A DNA stretch of 64,000 nt from Thermodesulfobacteriota bacterium (lineage in GTDB: Bacteria > Desulfobacterota > Desulfobulbia > Desulfobulbales > SURF-16), in NCBI GenBank assembly GCA_040755455.1, contig JBFMAY010000002.1:96001-160000 (forward strand), written 5' to 3'. The translations under genes were made by a program, and so were the position numbers. Numbering within the stretch: position 1 is the stretch's first letter; each line of letters begins with the position of its first letter. Shown piece after piece: positions 21,880-32,270 of the stretch. Below the pieces are notes generated by a model that searched no databases, was not told where the DNA came from, and saw nothing but the letters and a program-made list of their open reading frames with translations.

Positions 21880-21907
21880 GCAGGTGCGGTTCGCGAATCG
21901 CACCTGC
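21880..21907. repeat. REP-like palindrome related to the one at 21221
   Basis: gcaggtgcggttcgcgaatcgcacctgc shares the gcggttcgcg core. Confidence 0.5.
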
Positions 21908-21927
21908 GGTCTTTTGCCTCTTAACTT

Positions 21928-22578
21928 TCAACCCAGATACTTGCCCAGCAGTTCGGGATAGAGCCCCTTGGCATCAATGATCAGGTCGCACACCTCGCGC
22001 ACCGCGCCGCAGCCGCCGGGACGCCTGGCAACATAATCAACCGCCTCGATGACCTCGGGAACAGCATCCGCCACGGTGGCCGAAAAACCCACCCTGGCAA
22101 GCAAAGCCAGGTCAAGCCAGTCGTCACCCATGTACGCCACCTGATGGGGGGCAAGCCGCATCTCGGCCATGATCTCTTCAAATACCGCCACTTTATTGCG
22201 TTTCCCCTGGTAGACCCGGGTGAGATTCAGGTCCTGGGCCCGCCGGTTCAGAGCCTTTGAACTGCGCGCCGTGATCAGGCCGATTTCCACCTCAGCCTGG
22301 CGCAGCAGATTCATGCCGAAACCGTCCCGGGAATTAAAGGTCTTGATCTCGCTGCCCTCATCGGTGTAGGAAATAGAGCCGTTGGTCAGCACGCCATCCA
22401 CATCAAGCAGCAGCAGCTTCACCTCCTTGGCCTTGGGCAGACATTTACGCCAGGCATAGCCCTTCTGTTGATTTTCCGTGCGGCTGGCTGCCTTCTGCAG
22501 CAGGGCCCGGGTGAATTCGCAGTCACCGGGATAAGCAGCATCATTGTCGGGAGCAGGACAGGGGTCGTTATCTTGCAT
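21928..22578 (-). CDS. kdsC: KDO 8-phosphate phosphatase with N-terminal extension
   Basis: HAD motif LLLDVDGVLT, RDGFG, YMGDDWLD, GAVREVCD. Confidence 0.93.
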   Translation of the reverse strand: MQDNDPCPAPDNDAAYPGDCEFTRALLQKAASRTENQQKGYAWRKCLPKAKEVKLLLLDVDGVLTNGSISYTDEGSEIKTFNSRDGFGMNLLRQAEVEIGLITARSSKALNRRAQDLNLTRVYQGKRNKVAVFEEIMAEMRLAPHQVAYMGDDWLDLALLARVGFSATVADAVPEVIEAVDYVARRPGGCGAVREVCDLIIDAKGLYPELLGKYLG

Positions 22579-22661
22579 GGGCAATGCTATTTCCTTTATG
22601 GCCTCTACAGTGCGATTCGCGGAAGACTTCAATTCCCCGGCAATAGCCTATCAGTCATGAG

Positions 22662-23489
22662 CTATATGCCAGCAACCATATTATGGAGCGCCACCAGGGT
22701 GGTAAGCAATGACTCAAGCTGATCAAGGGGCAGGGAATTCGGTCCGTCGCACAGCGCCTTTTCAGGCTCGGGGTGCACCTCCATGAACAGCCCGTCCACC
22801 CCGGCCGCCACCGCGGCCCGGGTCAGCGGGGCGATGAACTGCCGCTGTCCGCCGGAGCTGCCGCCGGCCCCGCCCGGCAGCTGCACGCTGTGGGTGGCGT
22901 CATAAATCACCGGACACCCCAGGGAACGCATGATGGGCAGGGAGCGCATATCCACCACCAGATTATTATAACCCAGGGTCGTCCCCCGCTCGGTCAGCAG
23001 AATATCGCGGTTGCCGCTCTGCCTGATCTTAGCCACCGCATGCTCCATATCCCAGGGGGCCATGAACTGCCCCTTTTTGACATTCACCACCTTGCCGGTG
23101 CGGGCCGCGGCGACCAAGAGATCGGTCTGCCGGCACAAAAAGGCCGGAATCTGCAGTATATCAAGCACCTTGGCCGCCTGGTCAACCTGGCTGACATCAT
23201 GCACATCGGAAATGACCGGGATCTGAAACTCCCGGCGGATGGCGGCCAGCATGCCCAGCCCCTCGGCCAGACCCGGCCCGCGATAGGAGGCGAGCGAGGT
23301 GCGGTTGGCCTTGTCGAACGAGGCCTTGAAGACAAAGGATATCCCCAGCCGGCCGGCAACCTCCTTGACATGGGCGGCAATGCGGCGGGCGACCTCCTCC
23401 GACTCGAGCACGCACGGCCCGGCGATCAGCAGCAGAGGCTGGCCCGGACCGATGCGGAAGTAATCCTTGACCGCTACGCTGTCCATCAT
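22662..23489 (-). CDS. kdsA: KDO 8-phosphate synthase
   Basis: AGPCVLES, KASFDKANRTS, QIPAFLCRQT, DATHSVQ, CDGPN. Confidence 0.98.
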   Translation of the reverse strand: MMDSVAVKDYFRIGPGQPLLLIAGPCVLESEEVARRIAAHVKEVAGRLGISFVFKASFDKANRTSLASYRGPGLAEGLGMLAAIRREFQIPVISDVHDVSQVDQAAKVLDILQIPAFLCRQTDLLVAAARTGKVVNVKKGQFMAPWDMEHAVAKIRQSGNRDILLTERGTTLGYNNLVVDMRSLPIMRSLGCPVIYDATHSVQLPGGAGGSSGGQRQFIAPLTRAAVAAGVDGLFMEVHPEPEKALCDGPNSLPLDQLESLLTTLVALHNMVAGI

Positions 23490-24538
23490 TTCTTCTCCAT
23501 CCTGACCTTGAAACTCTCCGGCTCGCGGGAATAGCGGGTGGCTTCGCGCCAGTCAACAACCTTGGAGACACAGCGCTGCCGCAGTGATTCCTCAAAGCTG
23601 ACCATGCCCAGATTCTTCCCCTTGCGGATCTCGTCAATGATCTGGCTTTCCTTGGCCTGCCGGATCAGACTGGCCACCGGCGGTGTATTCATGAGAATCT
23701 CCATCACCGAGGCAACCCCGTTGCCGTCCGCGGTGGGGATCAGCACCTGATTGATCACCCCCAGCAGCGAGTTGGAAAGCTGCATGCGGATGAAATCCTG
23801 CTCATCCGAGCCAAACTCGGCGATAATCCTGGTAATAACCGCCGAGGCCGTTCTGGCGTGCAGGGTGCCCAACACCAGATGTCCCGTTTCCGCCGCCTTC
23901 AGGGCAATGCGGATGGTTTCCACGTCACGCATTTCACCCACGACAATAACATCGGGATCATGGCGCATGGAACATCGCACGCCATCGGCAAAAGTGAAGA
24001 CATCAACGCCGATCTCCCGCTGGGAAACGTTGCACAGCTTATGGACATGGACAATCTCAATGGGATCTTCAATGGTGATGATATGCTTGCTGCAGGAGCA
24101 ATTGATATGGTCGATGAGGGTGGCCATGGTGGTCGTCTTGCCGCTGCCCGTTGGACCGGTGATGACAAACAGGCCGCGTTCACGCACCATGGCGGAGCGC
24201 ACCTCCTGCGGGATCTGCAGTTCGTCGAGGGTGAACATGACATTGGGGAAATGGCGCATGACCATGCCGATGCTGCCCCGCTGGCGGAATACGGCGATGC
24301 GGAAACGGCTTTCCCCGAAATCATAACCGAAATCCGTATTGCCGGTTTGGGAAAGCTCCACCATGCAACGGGGTGGAGTCAGGGCCCGCATGGCCTGTTC
24401 AATATCATCGGCGGTCATCGGCTTCGCCTGCATGCGCACCATTTTGCCGCCGATCCTGAGTGTCGGAGGGATACCCTCGGACAGATGAATATCATTGGCA
24501 TTATGGCTTATGGCTACCTTAAAGAGCTTGTCAACCAT
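23486..24538 (-). CDS. pilT: PilT/PilU-family type IV pilus retraction ATPase
   Basis: DIHL, Walker A GPTGSGKTTT, TIEDPIE, DPDVIVVGEMRD, AETGHLVLGTLH. Confidence 0.85.
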   Translation of the reverse strand: MVDKLFKVAISHNANDIHLSEGIPPTLRIGGKMVRMQAKPMTADDIEQAMRALTPPRCMVELSQTGNTDFGYDFGESRFRIAVFRQRGSIGMVMRHFPNVMFTLDELQIPQEVRSAMVRERGLFVITGPTGSGKTTTMATLIDHINCSCSKHIITIEDPIEIVHVHKLCNVSQREIGVDVFTFADGVRCSMRHDPDVIVVGEMRDVETIRIALKAAETGHLVLGTLHARTASAVITRIIAEFGSDEQDFIRMQLSNSLLGVINQVLIPTADGNGVASVMEILMNTPPVASLIRQAKESQIIDEIRKGKNLGMVSFEESLRQRCVSKVVDWREATRYSREPESFKVRMEKK

Positions 24539-24599
24539 AGATACTCCTCAACTCACAATGTGACGCGGATTGCCGGCAGAAACCGAAATCAGCAGAACA

Positions 24600-26255
<1,656 letters not shown>

Positions 26256-26391
26256 GAAGGTCACTATATAGCAACTGCCTGCTATTTTCCATTAAAAAAA
26301 GTTGCTAAATTGACAAGAACACAGGCAACAAATTTGTATAAATAATCAGTATTTTTTTGCACTCTTTACGCATTTCGGGTTATCTGTTGCC

Positions 26392-27897
26392 ATGATCCTG
26401 CGTCTACTTTTCTGCATACTCATCATCTGCACCGGCTGCAGCAGGGATGAGACCGAGGAGCAAAAACCGCCGCCCGCTGCGGCCCCAGCCGCGGTGCGGG
26501 ACTATTCCTGCCGGGACTGCCATCCGATTGAGCTGGACGTCCGTCATACCGGCATCATTTGCACCGTCTGCCACGGCGGCAGCGGCACGGCAGCCTCGGC
26601 GGAGGCGGCCCACGCGAACATGCAAAAACAGCCGGCCCATCCCCTGCTTCTTGAACGGACCTGCGGCCCCTGCCATGGGGAACAGCTCGGCAAGGCGCGG
26701 AATTCGCTGCATTTCACCCTGAAAAAGGAGGTCAACGCCGTGCGCCGCGCCTTTGGCGCAGATGAAGACCTTGCCTCACTGGTGGAGATCCCCCAGCACG
26801 AGGAAATAGGCAGCCCCCTTGACCTGGTGGATGACCTGCTCAGACGCCGCTGCCTGGGCTGCCACCTCTACTCCGGCGGCGATAACTATCCGGAAACCCG
26901 GCACGCCACCGGCTGCGCGGCCTGCCACCTGGAGTTCGCCGGCGGCAAGGCGGTCTCCCATGCCTTCATTAAATCCCCGCCTGACAGCCAGTGCCTGCAT
27001 TGCCACTACGGCAACTTTGTCGGGGCGGATTACGTGGGCCGCTTTGAACACGACTATCACTGGGATTACCGCACCCCCTACCCCAGGGAGGGCGACTCCC
27101 CGCGGCCATACGGGGTGGAATATCACCAGCTTAGCGCTGACGCGCACAACCAGGCCGGACTCGCCTGCATCGACTGTCATAGCGGGGCGGAGCTGATGGG
27201 GGACGGCGGGACGGCCATCACCTGCGCATCCTGCCACCGCTGGCAGCCAGGGGACAAGATCCCGCTGGACAACCTTACGACGGAAAACGGCACCCTGGTG
27301 CTGACCTGCCGGCTCACCGGCAAGAGACTCAAGGTGCCCCCGCTGCGCCATCCGGCCCATGCTGCTTACCAAAACAAGGCAGACTGCGCGGTCTGCCATG
27401 CCCAATGGAGCTTCACCGATGAGGGCACCCATCTTTTCCGCCTGGACACCGATGAGTTCGACCCCTGGGCCGCCCTCTATGTACAGGGCAGCTACGAGGT
27501 GGAAGACCAGGTGACCACCTCGCTGTACGGCGACGCCTCCTACGACTATGTCTTCATGAGCGACAAGATCAGCGGCGAGCTCTATTTAGGCCTGTGGCTG
27601 AAAGGCTATGAATTGCGGCGCTGGGAGTTCCCCATTGTCTGCCGGGATGAACAGGGCATGCTGCACATCTGCCGGCCCCTGCTGGACCTGCATCTGACCT
27701 ATGTCAATGAAGCTGGAGAACCTGTCTTTGACGCCCTTGCCCCGGACAGCGGCCCGGCCATGGGCCTGGTGCCCTACACCCCCCATACCATCGGCAAGGC
27801 CGGCGTCTTTTTCAAACAGCGGCTGCGGGAAAACCTTGATCTACTCCCGGAGCCGCGCAATTTGCCAAAAAATCAGCAGACAACCCGGAACCCATGA
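26392..27897 (+). CDS. Multiheme c-type cytochrome lipoprotein (9 CxxCH)
   Basis: CRDCH, CTVCH, CGPCH, CLGCH, CAACH, CLHCH, CIDCH, CASCH, CAVCH; lipobox-like CTGC. Confidence 0.9.
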   Translation: MILRLLFCILIICTGCSRDETEEQKPPPAAAPAAVRDYSCRDCHPIELDVRHTGIICTVCHGGSGTAASAEAAHANMQKQPAHPLLLERTCGPCHGEQLGKARNSLHFTLKKEVNAVRRAFGADEDLASLVEIPQHEEIGSPLDLVDDLLRRRCLGCHLYSGGDNYPETRHATGCAACHLEFAGGKAVSHAFIKSPPDSQCLHCHYGNFVGADYVGRFEHDYHWDYRTPYPREGDSPRPYGVEYHQLSADAHNQAGLACIDCHSGAELMGDGGTAITCASCHRWQPGDKIPLDNLTTENGTLVLTCRLTGKRLKVPPLRHPAHAAYQNKADCAVCHAQWSFTDEGTHLFRLDTDEFDPWAALYVQGSYEVEDQVTTSLYGDASYDYVFMSDKISGELYLGLWLKGYELRRWEFPIVCRDEQGMLHICRPLLDLHLTYVNEAGEPVFDALAPDSGPAMGLVPYTPHTIGKAGVFFKQRLRENLDLLPEPRNLPKNQQTTRNP

Positions 27898-28658
27898 AGT
27901 TATTTTTCATCCCCATCCTTCTTTTCATGCTGTTTCTCCACGGCTGCGCCGCCAAAAAGACGCCGGAGCCTCCCCCTTCCCCCGGCGCTGTTCCCGCCGC
28001 CATCCCCCCCACCCAGCGGCCCTACAAGATCATGGGCAAGACATACTACCCCCTGCCGAGCTCCGAAGGGTATGAGGAAAAAGGCGTTGCCTCCTGGTAC
28101 GGCAGACAGTTCCATGGCCGCAAAACCTCCAACGGCGAGGTATACGACATGTACGAGGCGACAGCGGCCCACAAGACCCTGCCCATGAATACCCTGGTGC
28201 TGGTGCAAAACCTGGAGAACGGCAAGGAGATGGCGGTCAGGATCAATGACCGGGGCCCCTTTGTCAAGGACCGGATCATTGATCTGAGCCTGACTGCGGC
28301 CCGCAAACTGGACATTGTCGACAATGGCACGGCAAAGGTCAAGGTGACTGCCCTTGGCGAGGCAAGGACGTACCGGCAGGGAGACAAAGAAGTCGCGCGC
28401 TTCCTGCCCCATCAGGATTTCCAGCAGGGGGATTTCTATGTGCAGATCGGCTCCTTCACCAACAAGAATAATGCCCTGCGCCTGCAGGAGAAAATGAAGA
28501 GCCAGGGCAACATTGCCGTCATCACCCAGTTCGGCCGGGGCAACAGCCTCTTCTACCGGGTCCAGGTCCAGGCCGGCTCAACCCTGAGTGTGGCCAGGAA
28601 TATGGAAAAGGACTTCAACAGCAACGGCTACCCCGATGCCTTTGTTGTAGCGCGGTGA
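27894..28658 (+). CDS. rlpA: Septal ring lytic transglycosylase RlpA with SPOR domain
   Basis: Lipobox LHGC; ASWYG, TAAHKTLP, RINDRGPF, IIDLS; SPOR VQIGSF. Confidence 0.95.
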   Translation: MKLFFIPILLFMLFLHGCAAKKTPEPPPSPGAVPAAIPPTQRPYKIMGKTYYPLPSSEGYEEKGVASWYGRQFHGRKTSNGEVYDMYEATAAHKTLPMNTLVLVQNLENGKEMAVRINDRGPFVKDRIIDLSLTAARKLDIVDNGTAKVKVTALGEARTYRQGDKEVARFLPHQDFQQGDFYVQIGSFTNKNNALRLQEKMKSQGNIAVITQFGRGNSLFYRVQVQAGSTLSVARNMEKDFNSNGYPDAFVVAR

Positions 28659-28800
28659 GCGGGTTTCCGGTAAGATGAACACCCCGCAGCCGGAGAAGAG
28701 GGGGGAACAGGTAAACAGAACAGTTGCCCGCAGAGTTTAGGACGGTAATGGTTTGCCGCCCCATGACTTCTGGCTACCGACTACTGACTTCTGACCTCTT

Positions 28801-29973
28801 ATGACCCGTGACATCATTCATCTGGACATGGACGCCTTTTACGCCTCGGTTGAGGTGCTGGACAACCCGGAACTGCAGGGCCTGCCGGTGATTGTCGGCG
28901 GCAGTTCCGACCGGGGGGTGGTGTCCGCCGCCTCCTATGAGGCGAGGGCCTGCGGCATCCATTCCGCCCTGGCCATCGCCATTGCCCGCAGACGCTGCCC
29001 GCAAGGGATTTTCCTGCCGGTGCGCATGTCTCGCTACGCGGAAATTTCCGAGCAGGTCATGGCCATCTTCCGCCAGTATACCCCCAGAGTGGAACAGATT
29101 TCGGTGGATGAGGCCTTCCTCGATGTCACCGGCTGCCAGGGCCTGTTCGGGTCCGCGGTGGATATTGCCGGGATGATCCGCAGGCGGGTACGGGAGGAAA
29201 TCGGTCTGACCGTTTCCGCCGGGGTGGCCGGTTGCAAGCTGGTCGCCAAAATCGCCTCGGACCTCAATAAACCGGACGGCCTGACGGTGGTTCCCCACGG
29301 CCTGGAAGCTGAATTTCTCGCCCCCCTGCCCATCAAGCGCCTGTGGGGCGTGGGCAAAAAAACCCTGCCCACCCTCAATCTGCTCGGCGTGCGGACCATC
29401 AATGATCTCACCCGTTTTTCCCTGGATTTTCTTGAAAAAAAATTCGGCAAGCAGGGACGTCACATGTATTTCTGCGCCAGGGGCATTGATGAACGCCAGG
29501 TGGAGTGCAGCCACGCCACCAAATCCATCGGCAACGAGGAGACCTTTGACCGGGACGTGACGGACCTGCCGCAGATCCGAAAAGAGCTGCTGCGCCTGGC
29601 CACCAGGGTGGGGGAACGGCTGCGCCGTCATCACTTCACGGGCCGGGCCGTTACCCTGAAAGTCAAATACCATGATTTCATCACGGTCAGCCGCTCCCTG
29701 ACCATGGCCCGGCCGACCAACGACTCCCATGAACTCTATCAGGCCGTGCTGAGCCTCCTGCCCAAGACCATGGCCGGGGCCAAACCGGTGCGCCTGGTGG
29801 GGATTGCCGTGGACCAACTGCGGGAAGATTCCCTGCCCCGGCAGCTTGACCTGTTCGCCGGCAAAGAGACGGGCCGCAAGGAATTAAACAGGGCCATTGA
29901 TCAGATCAATAACCGCTTCGGCCCGCTCACCATAAAACCCGCGGCACTGACCGGTGAACCATCCGAACCCTGA
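28801..29973 (+). CDS. dinB: DNA polymerase IV
   Basis: HLDMDAFYASVE, SYEAR, SVDEAFLD, KPDG, WGVGKK. Confidence 0.97.
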   Translation: MTRDIIHLDMDAFYASVEVLDNPELQGLPVIVGGSSDRGVVSAASYEARACGIHSALAIAIARRRCPQGIFLPVRMSRYAEISEQVMAIFRQYTPRVEQISVDEAFLDVTGCQGLFGSAVDIAGMIRRRVREEIGLTVSAGVAGCKLVAKIASDLNKPDGLTVVPHGLEAEFLAPLPIKRLWGVGKKTLPTLNLLGVRTINDLTRFSLDFLEKKFGKQGRHMYFCARGIDERQVECSHATKSIGNEETFDRDVTDLPQIRKELLRLATRVGERLRRHHFTGRAVTLKVKYHDFITVSRSLTMARPTNDSHELYQAVLSLLPKTMAGAKPVRLVGIAVDQLREDSLPRQLDLFAGKETGRKELNRAIDQINNRFGPLTIKPAALTGEPSEP

Positions 29974-30000
29974 GCGAACCCGGGCAAAGAACGCCTGCGT

Positions 30001-31461
30001 TTATATGCTCCTGACCTGCACGGTCTCGATGAATTTCCCGCCGGCCAGGATATCGGAAAGCACGATGACCCGGTCGCCGGGCCGGATGATGTCTTCCCGC
30101 AACAGCTGCTCGATGGAGCGCTGGATGGAGACCTCCGGGTCCTTGGAAAAATTGATGCGGAAGGCATGAATGCCCCAGTACAGGCCAAGCCTGCGCCGCA
30201 CATGGGTGGTATTGGTGAAGGCGAAAATCGGCGCCACCGGCCGGCATTTTGACAGCAGGACCGCCATCAGGCCGCGCCTGGTGATAACCAGCGTGCCCGC
30301 GGCCCGCAGGTTGTTGCTCAGAATGGCGGCGCTTCTGGCAATCTCTTCCTTGGGCTTGCTGGTGACCTTGACCCGCACGGTCAGGTCCAGGGCCAGCTGT
30401 TGTTCACTCCTTCTCGCCACGGCATCCATCACCTCCACCGCCTTGCGCGGGTGTTTCCCGGTTGCCGTCTCGCCGGAAAGCATGATGGCATCGGCCCCCT
30501 GCAGCACGGCATGGGAGATGTCCGTCACCTCGGCCCTGGTGGGAGTGGGATTGACGATCATCGACTCGAGCATATGGGTGGCCACCACCACCGGCTTGCC
30601 GGCCGCCCGGCATTTGCGGATGATCTCGTCCTGCAGCAGCGGCACCTCCTCATAGGGCAGCTCGGCGCCGAGATCGCCCCGGGCGATCATGATGCCGCCC
30701 GCCACGGCAATGATGGCATCAAGATGGGGAATGGCATCGGCGCTTTCAATCTTGGCCAGGACATCAATCGGCATTTTCCGCTCCTGCAGATAGTGCTGCA
30801 GCTCCTCGATGGATGAGGCATCCCGGACAAAGGACAGGGCAATGAAATCAACTTGCTGGGCAATGCCGAAATTGATATCCTGCCAGTCCTTGTCGTTGAT
30901 GGAGGGCAGATCGGCGCTCTTGCCGCGGATATTGATATGCCGCCGCGAGGTCAGGACGCCGTTGTCCAGGCAGAGGCAATGGACATCCGTCGGGGTTACC
31001 TCCTTGACCAGCAGACTTATCATGCCGCCGTCAATGAGCACCGTATCGCCGAATTCCACCTCATTGACAAAGCCGTCATAGCTCACCTCGACACAGTTTG
31101 CTTCAAGCTCCGCCTGCCGCCGGATGGTCAGGGTCAGGGGGCCGCCCTTCTTCAGTACCAGGTCCCGTTTCACATCCCCGGTGCGCACCTCGGGGCCCTT
31201 GGTGTCCAGCAGAATGGCGATGGTCGAGCCGAATTTGCGGTTGAGCCTTTTGATGCTGTGGATCACCTGCTGGTGCCAGTCAAGGGTGCCGTGGGACATA
31301 TTGAGCCGCGCCACATTCATGCCCTGGTCGGCAAGCTTTTTCAGCATCTCAAAAGAGGCGGTCTTCGGCCCGATGGTGCAGATGATTTTTGTTTTACGCA
31401 AGATTGTCGCTCGGTTTTTAAGAAAATATGCCTTGCCGCGGTTCGTTGTCAGCCGCCGCAT
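30001..31461 (-). CDS. pyk: Pyruvate kinase
   Basis: RKTKIICTIGP, RLNMSHG, DTKGPEVR, ARGDLG, MLSGETA; start uncertain (ATG 31461 or TTG near 31401). Confidence 0.96.
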   Translation of the reverse strand: MRRLTTNRGKAYFLKNRATILRKTKIICTIGPKTASFEMLKKLADQGMNVARLNMSHGTLDWHQQVIHSIKRLNRKFGSTIAILLDTKGPEVRTGDVKRDLVLKKGGPLTLTIRRQAELEANCVEVSYDGFVNEVEFGDTVLIDGGMISLLVKEVTPTDVHCLCLDNGVLTSRRHINIRGKSADLPSINDKDWQDINFGIAQQVDFIALSFVRDASSIEELQHYLQERKMPIDVLAKIESADAIPHLDAIIAVAGGIMIARGDLGAELPYEEVPLLQDEIIRKCRAAGKPVVVATHMLESMIVNPTPTRAEVTDISHAVLQGADAIMLSGETATGKHPRKAVEVMDAVARRSEQQLALDLTVRVKVTSKPKEEIARSAAILSNNLRAAGTLVITRRGLMAVLLSKCRPVAPIFAFTNTTHVRRRLGLYWGIHAFRINFSKDPEVSIQRSIEQLLREDIIRPGDRVIVLSDILAGGKFIETVQVRSI

Positions 31462-31493
31462 GATGGTTAAGAGGAGGGTCCAAGGCCTCCCCC

Positions 31494-32159
31494 CTATCCA
31501 GCGAGGATAAAATCCGTAATATAGGGATTTTCCCGCATCTCCCGGCCCACCGTCGAGGTCGGCGTGTCGCCGTAATCGTGGCCGGGCCAAATGATCGTCT
31601 CCAGCGGCAGCACGATCACCTTCTCCTGCAGGGACTTGAGGAGCGCGGCAAGGGAGCCGCCGGTCAGATCGGTGCGGCCCACGTCCCCGACAAACAGGGT
31701 ATCGCCGGTAAACAGGTTGCCCGCGGCCAGAAAACAGACCGATCCCGGGGTATGCCCCGGGGTGTGCAGCACCGTGATCCGCAGCTCACCCACCTCCAGC
31801 ACCTGGCCGTCTTTTAGTCTGATATCGGCAGGGGCCGGCCCCGGCAGGCCAAGCTCCTGCTGGGACTTTGCCCGGACCTCTGCCGCTGCAAAAAAGAGGT
31901 CATCAGCCTCATGCATGCCCACCGGCACGGAAAAAACTTCCCGCAGCCTCTGGTTGGCCAGCACATGATCGGCGTGACCATGGGTATTGAGGATATAGAG
32001 AGGCTCCACTCCCTCATCCTGCACCATCCTTACGATCTTCTCCGCTTCGCCGCCGGGATCGATCAGCAACGCCTTTTTTGTCCGCCCGCAGGCCAGCAGA
32101 TAGGTGTTGACCTTGTATGGGCCGACGACTGCCTGGCGGATGATCACCTCTGACTGCAT
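31494..32159 (-). CDS. MBL-fold metallo-hydrolase (glyoxalase II-like)
   Basis: THGHADH, HTPGHTPG, FTGDTLF, PGH. Confidence 0.92.
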   Translation of the reverse strand: MQSEVIIRQAVVGPYKVNTYLLACGRTKKALLIDPGGEAEKIVRMVQDEGVEPLYILNTHGHADHVLANQRLREVFSVPVGMHEADDLFFAAAEVRAKSQQELGLPGPAPADIRLKDGQVLEVGELRITVLHTPGHTPGSVCFLAAGNLFTGDTLFVGDVGRTDLTGGSLAALLKSLQEKVIVLPLETIIWPGHDYGDTPTSTVGREMRENPYITDFILAG

Positions 32160-32270
32160 AACTTACTCCTTTTTTCGGGAAAGGACCCGGCGCGGGAATC
32201 CGGGGCAAAAACCTTGGATGCCGGGTCGCGCTCCCCTTGCCCGGCATGACGTCATGTTTGCATGTTCGCG

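Noticed and set aside
28659..28800. LexA box upstream of dinB
   Set aside because: GAAC repeats are 9 bp apart and fit no LexA consensus I know; the adjacent ctgact(t/a) heptamer run is low-complexity
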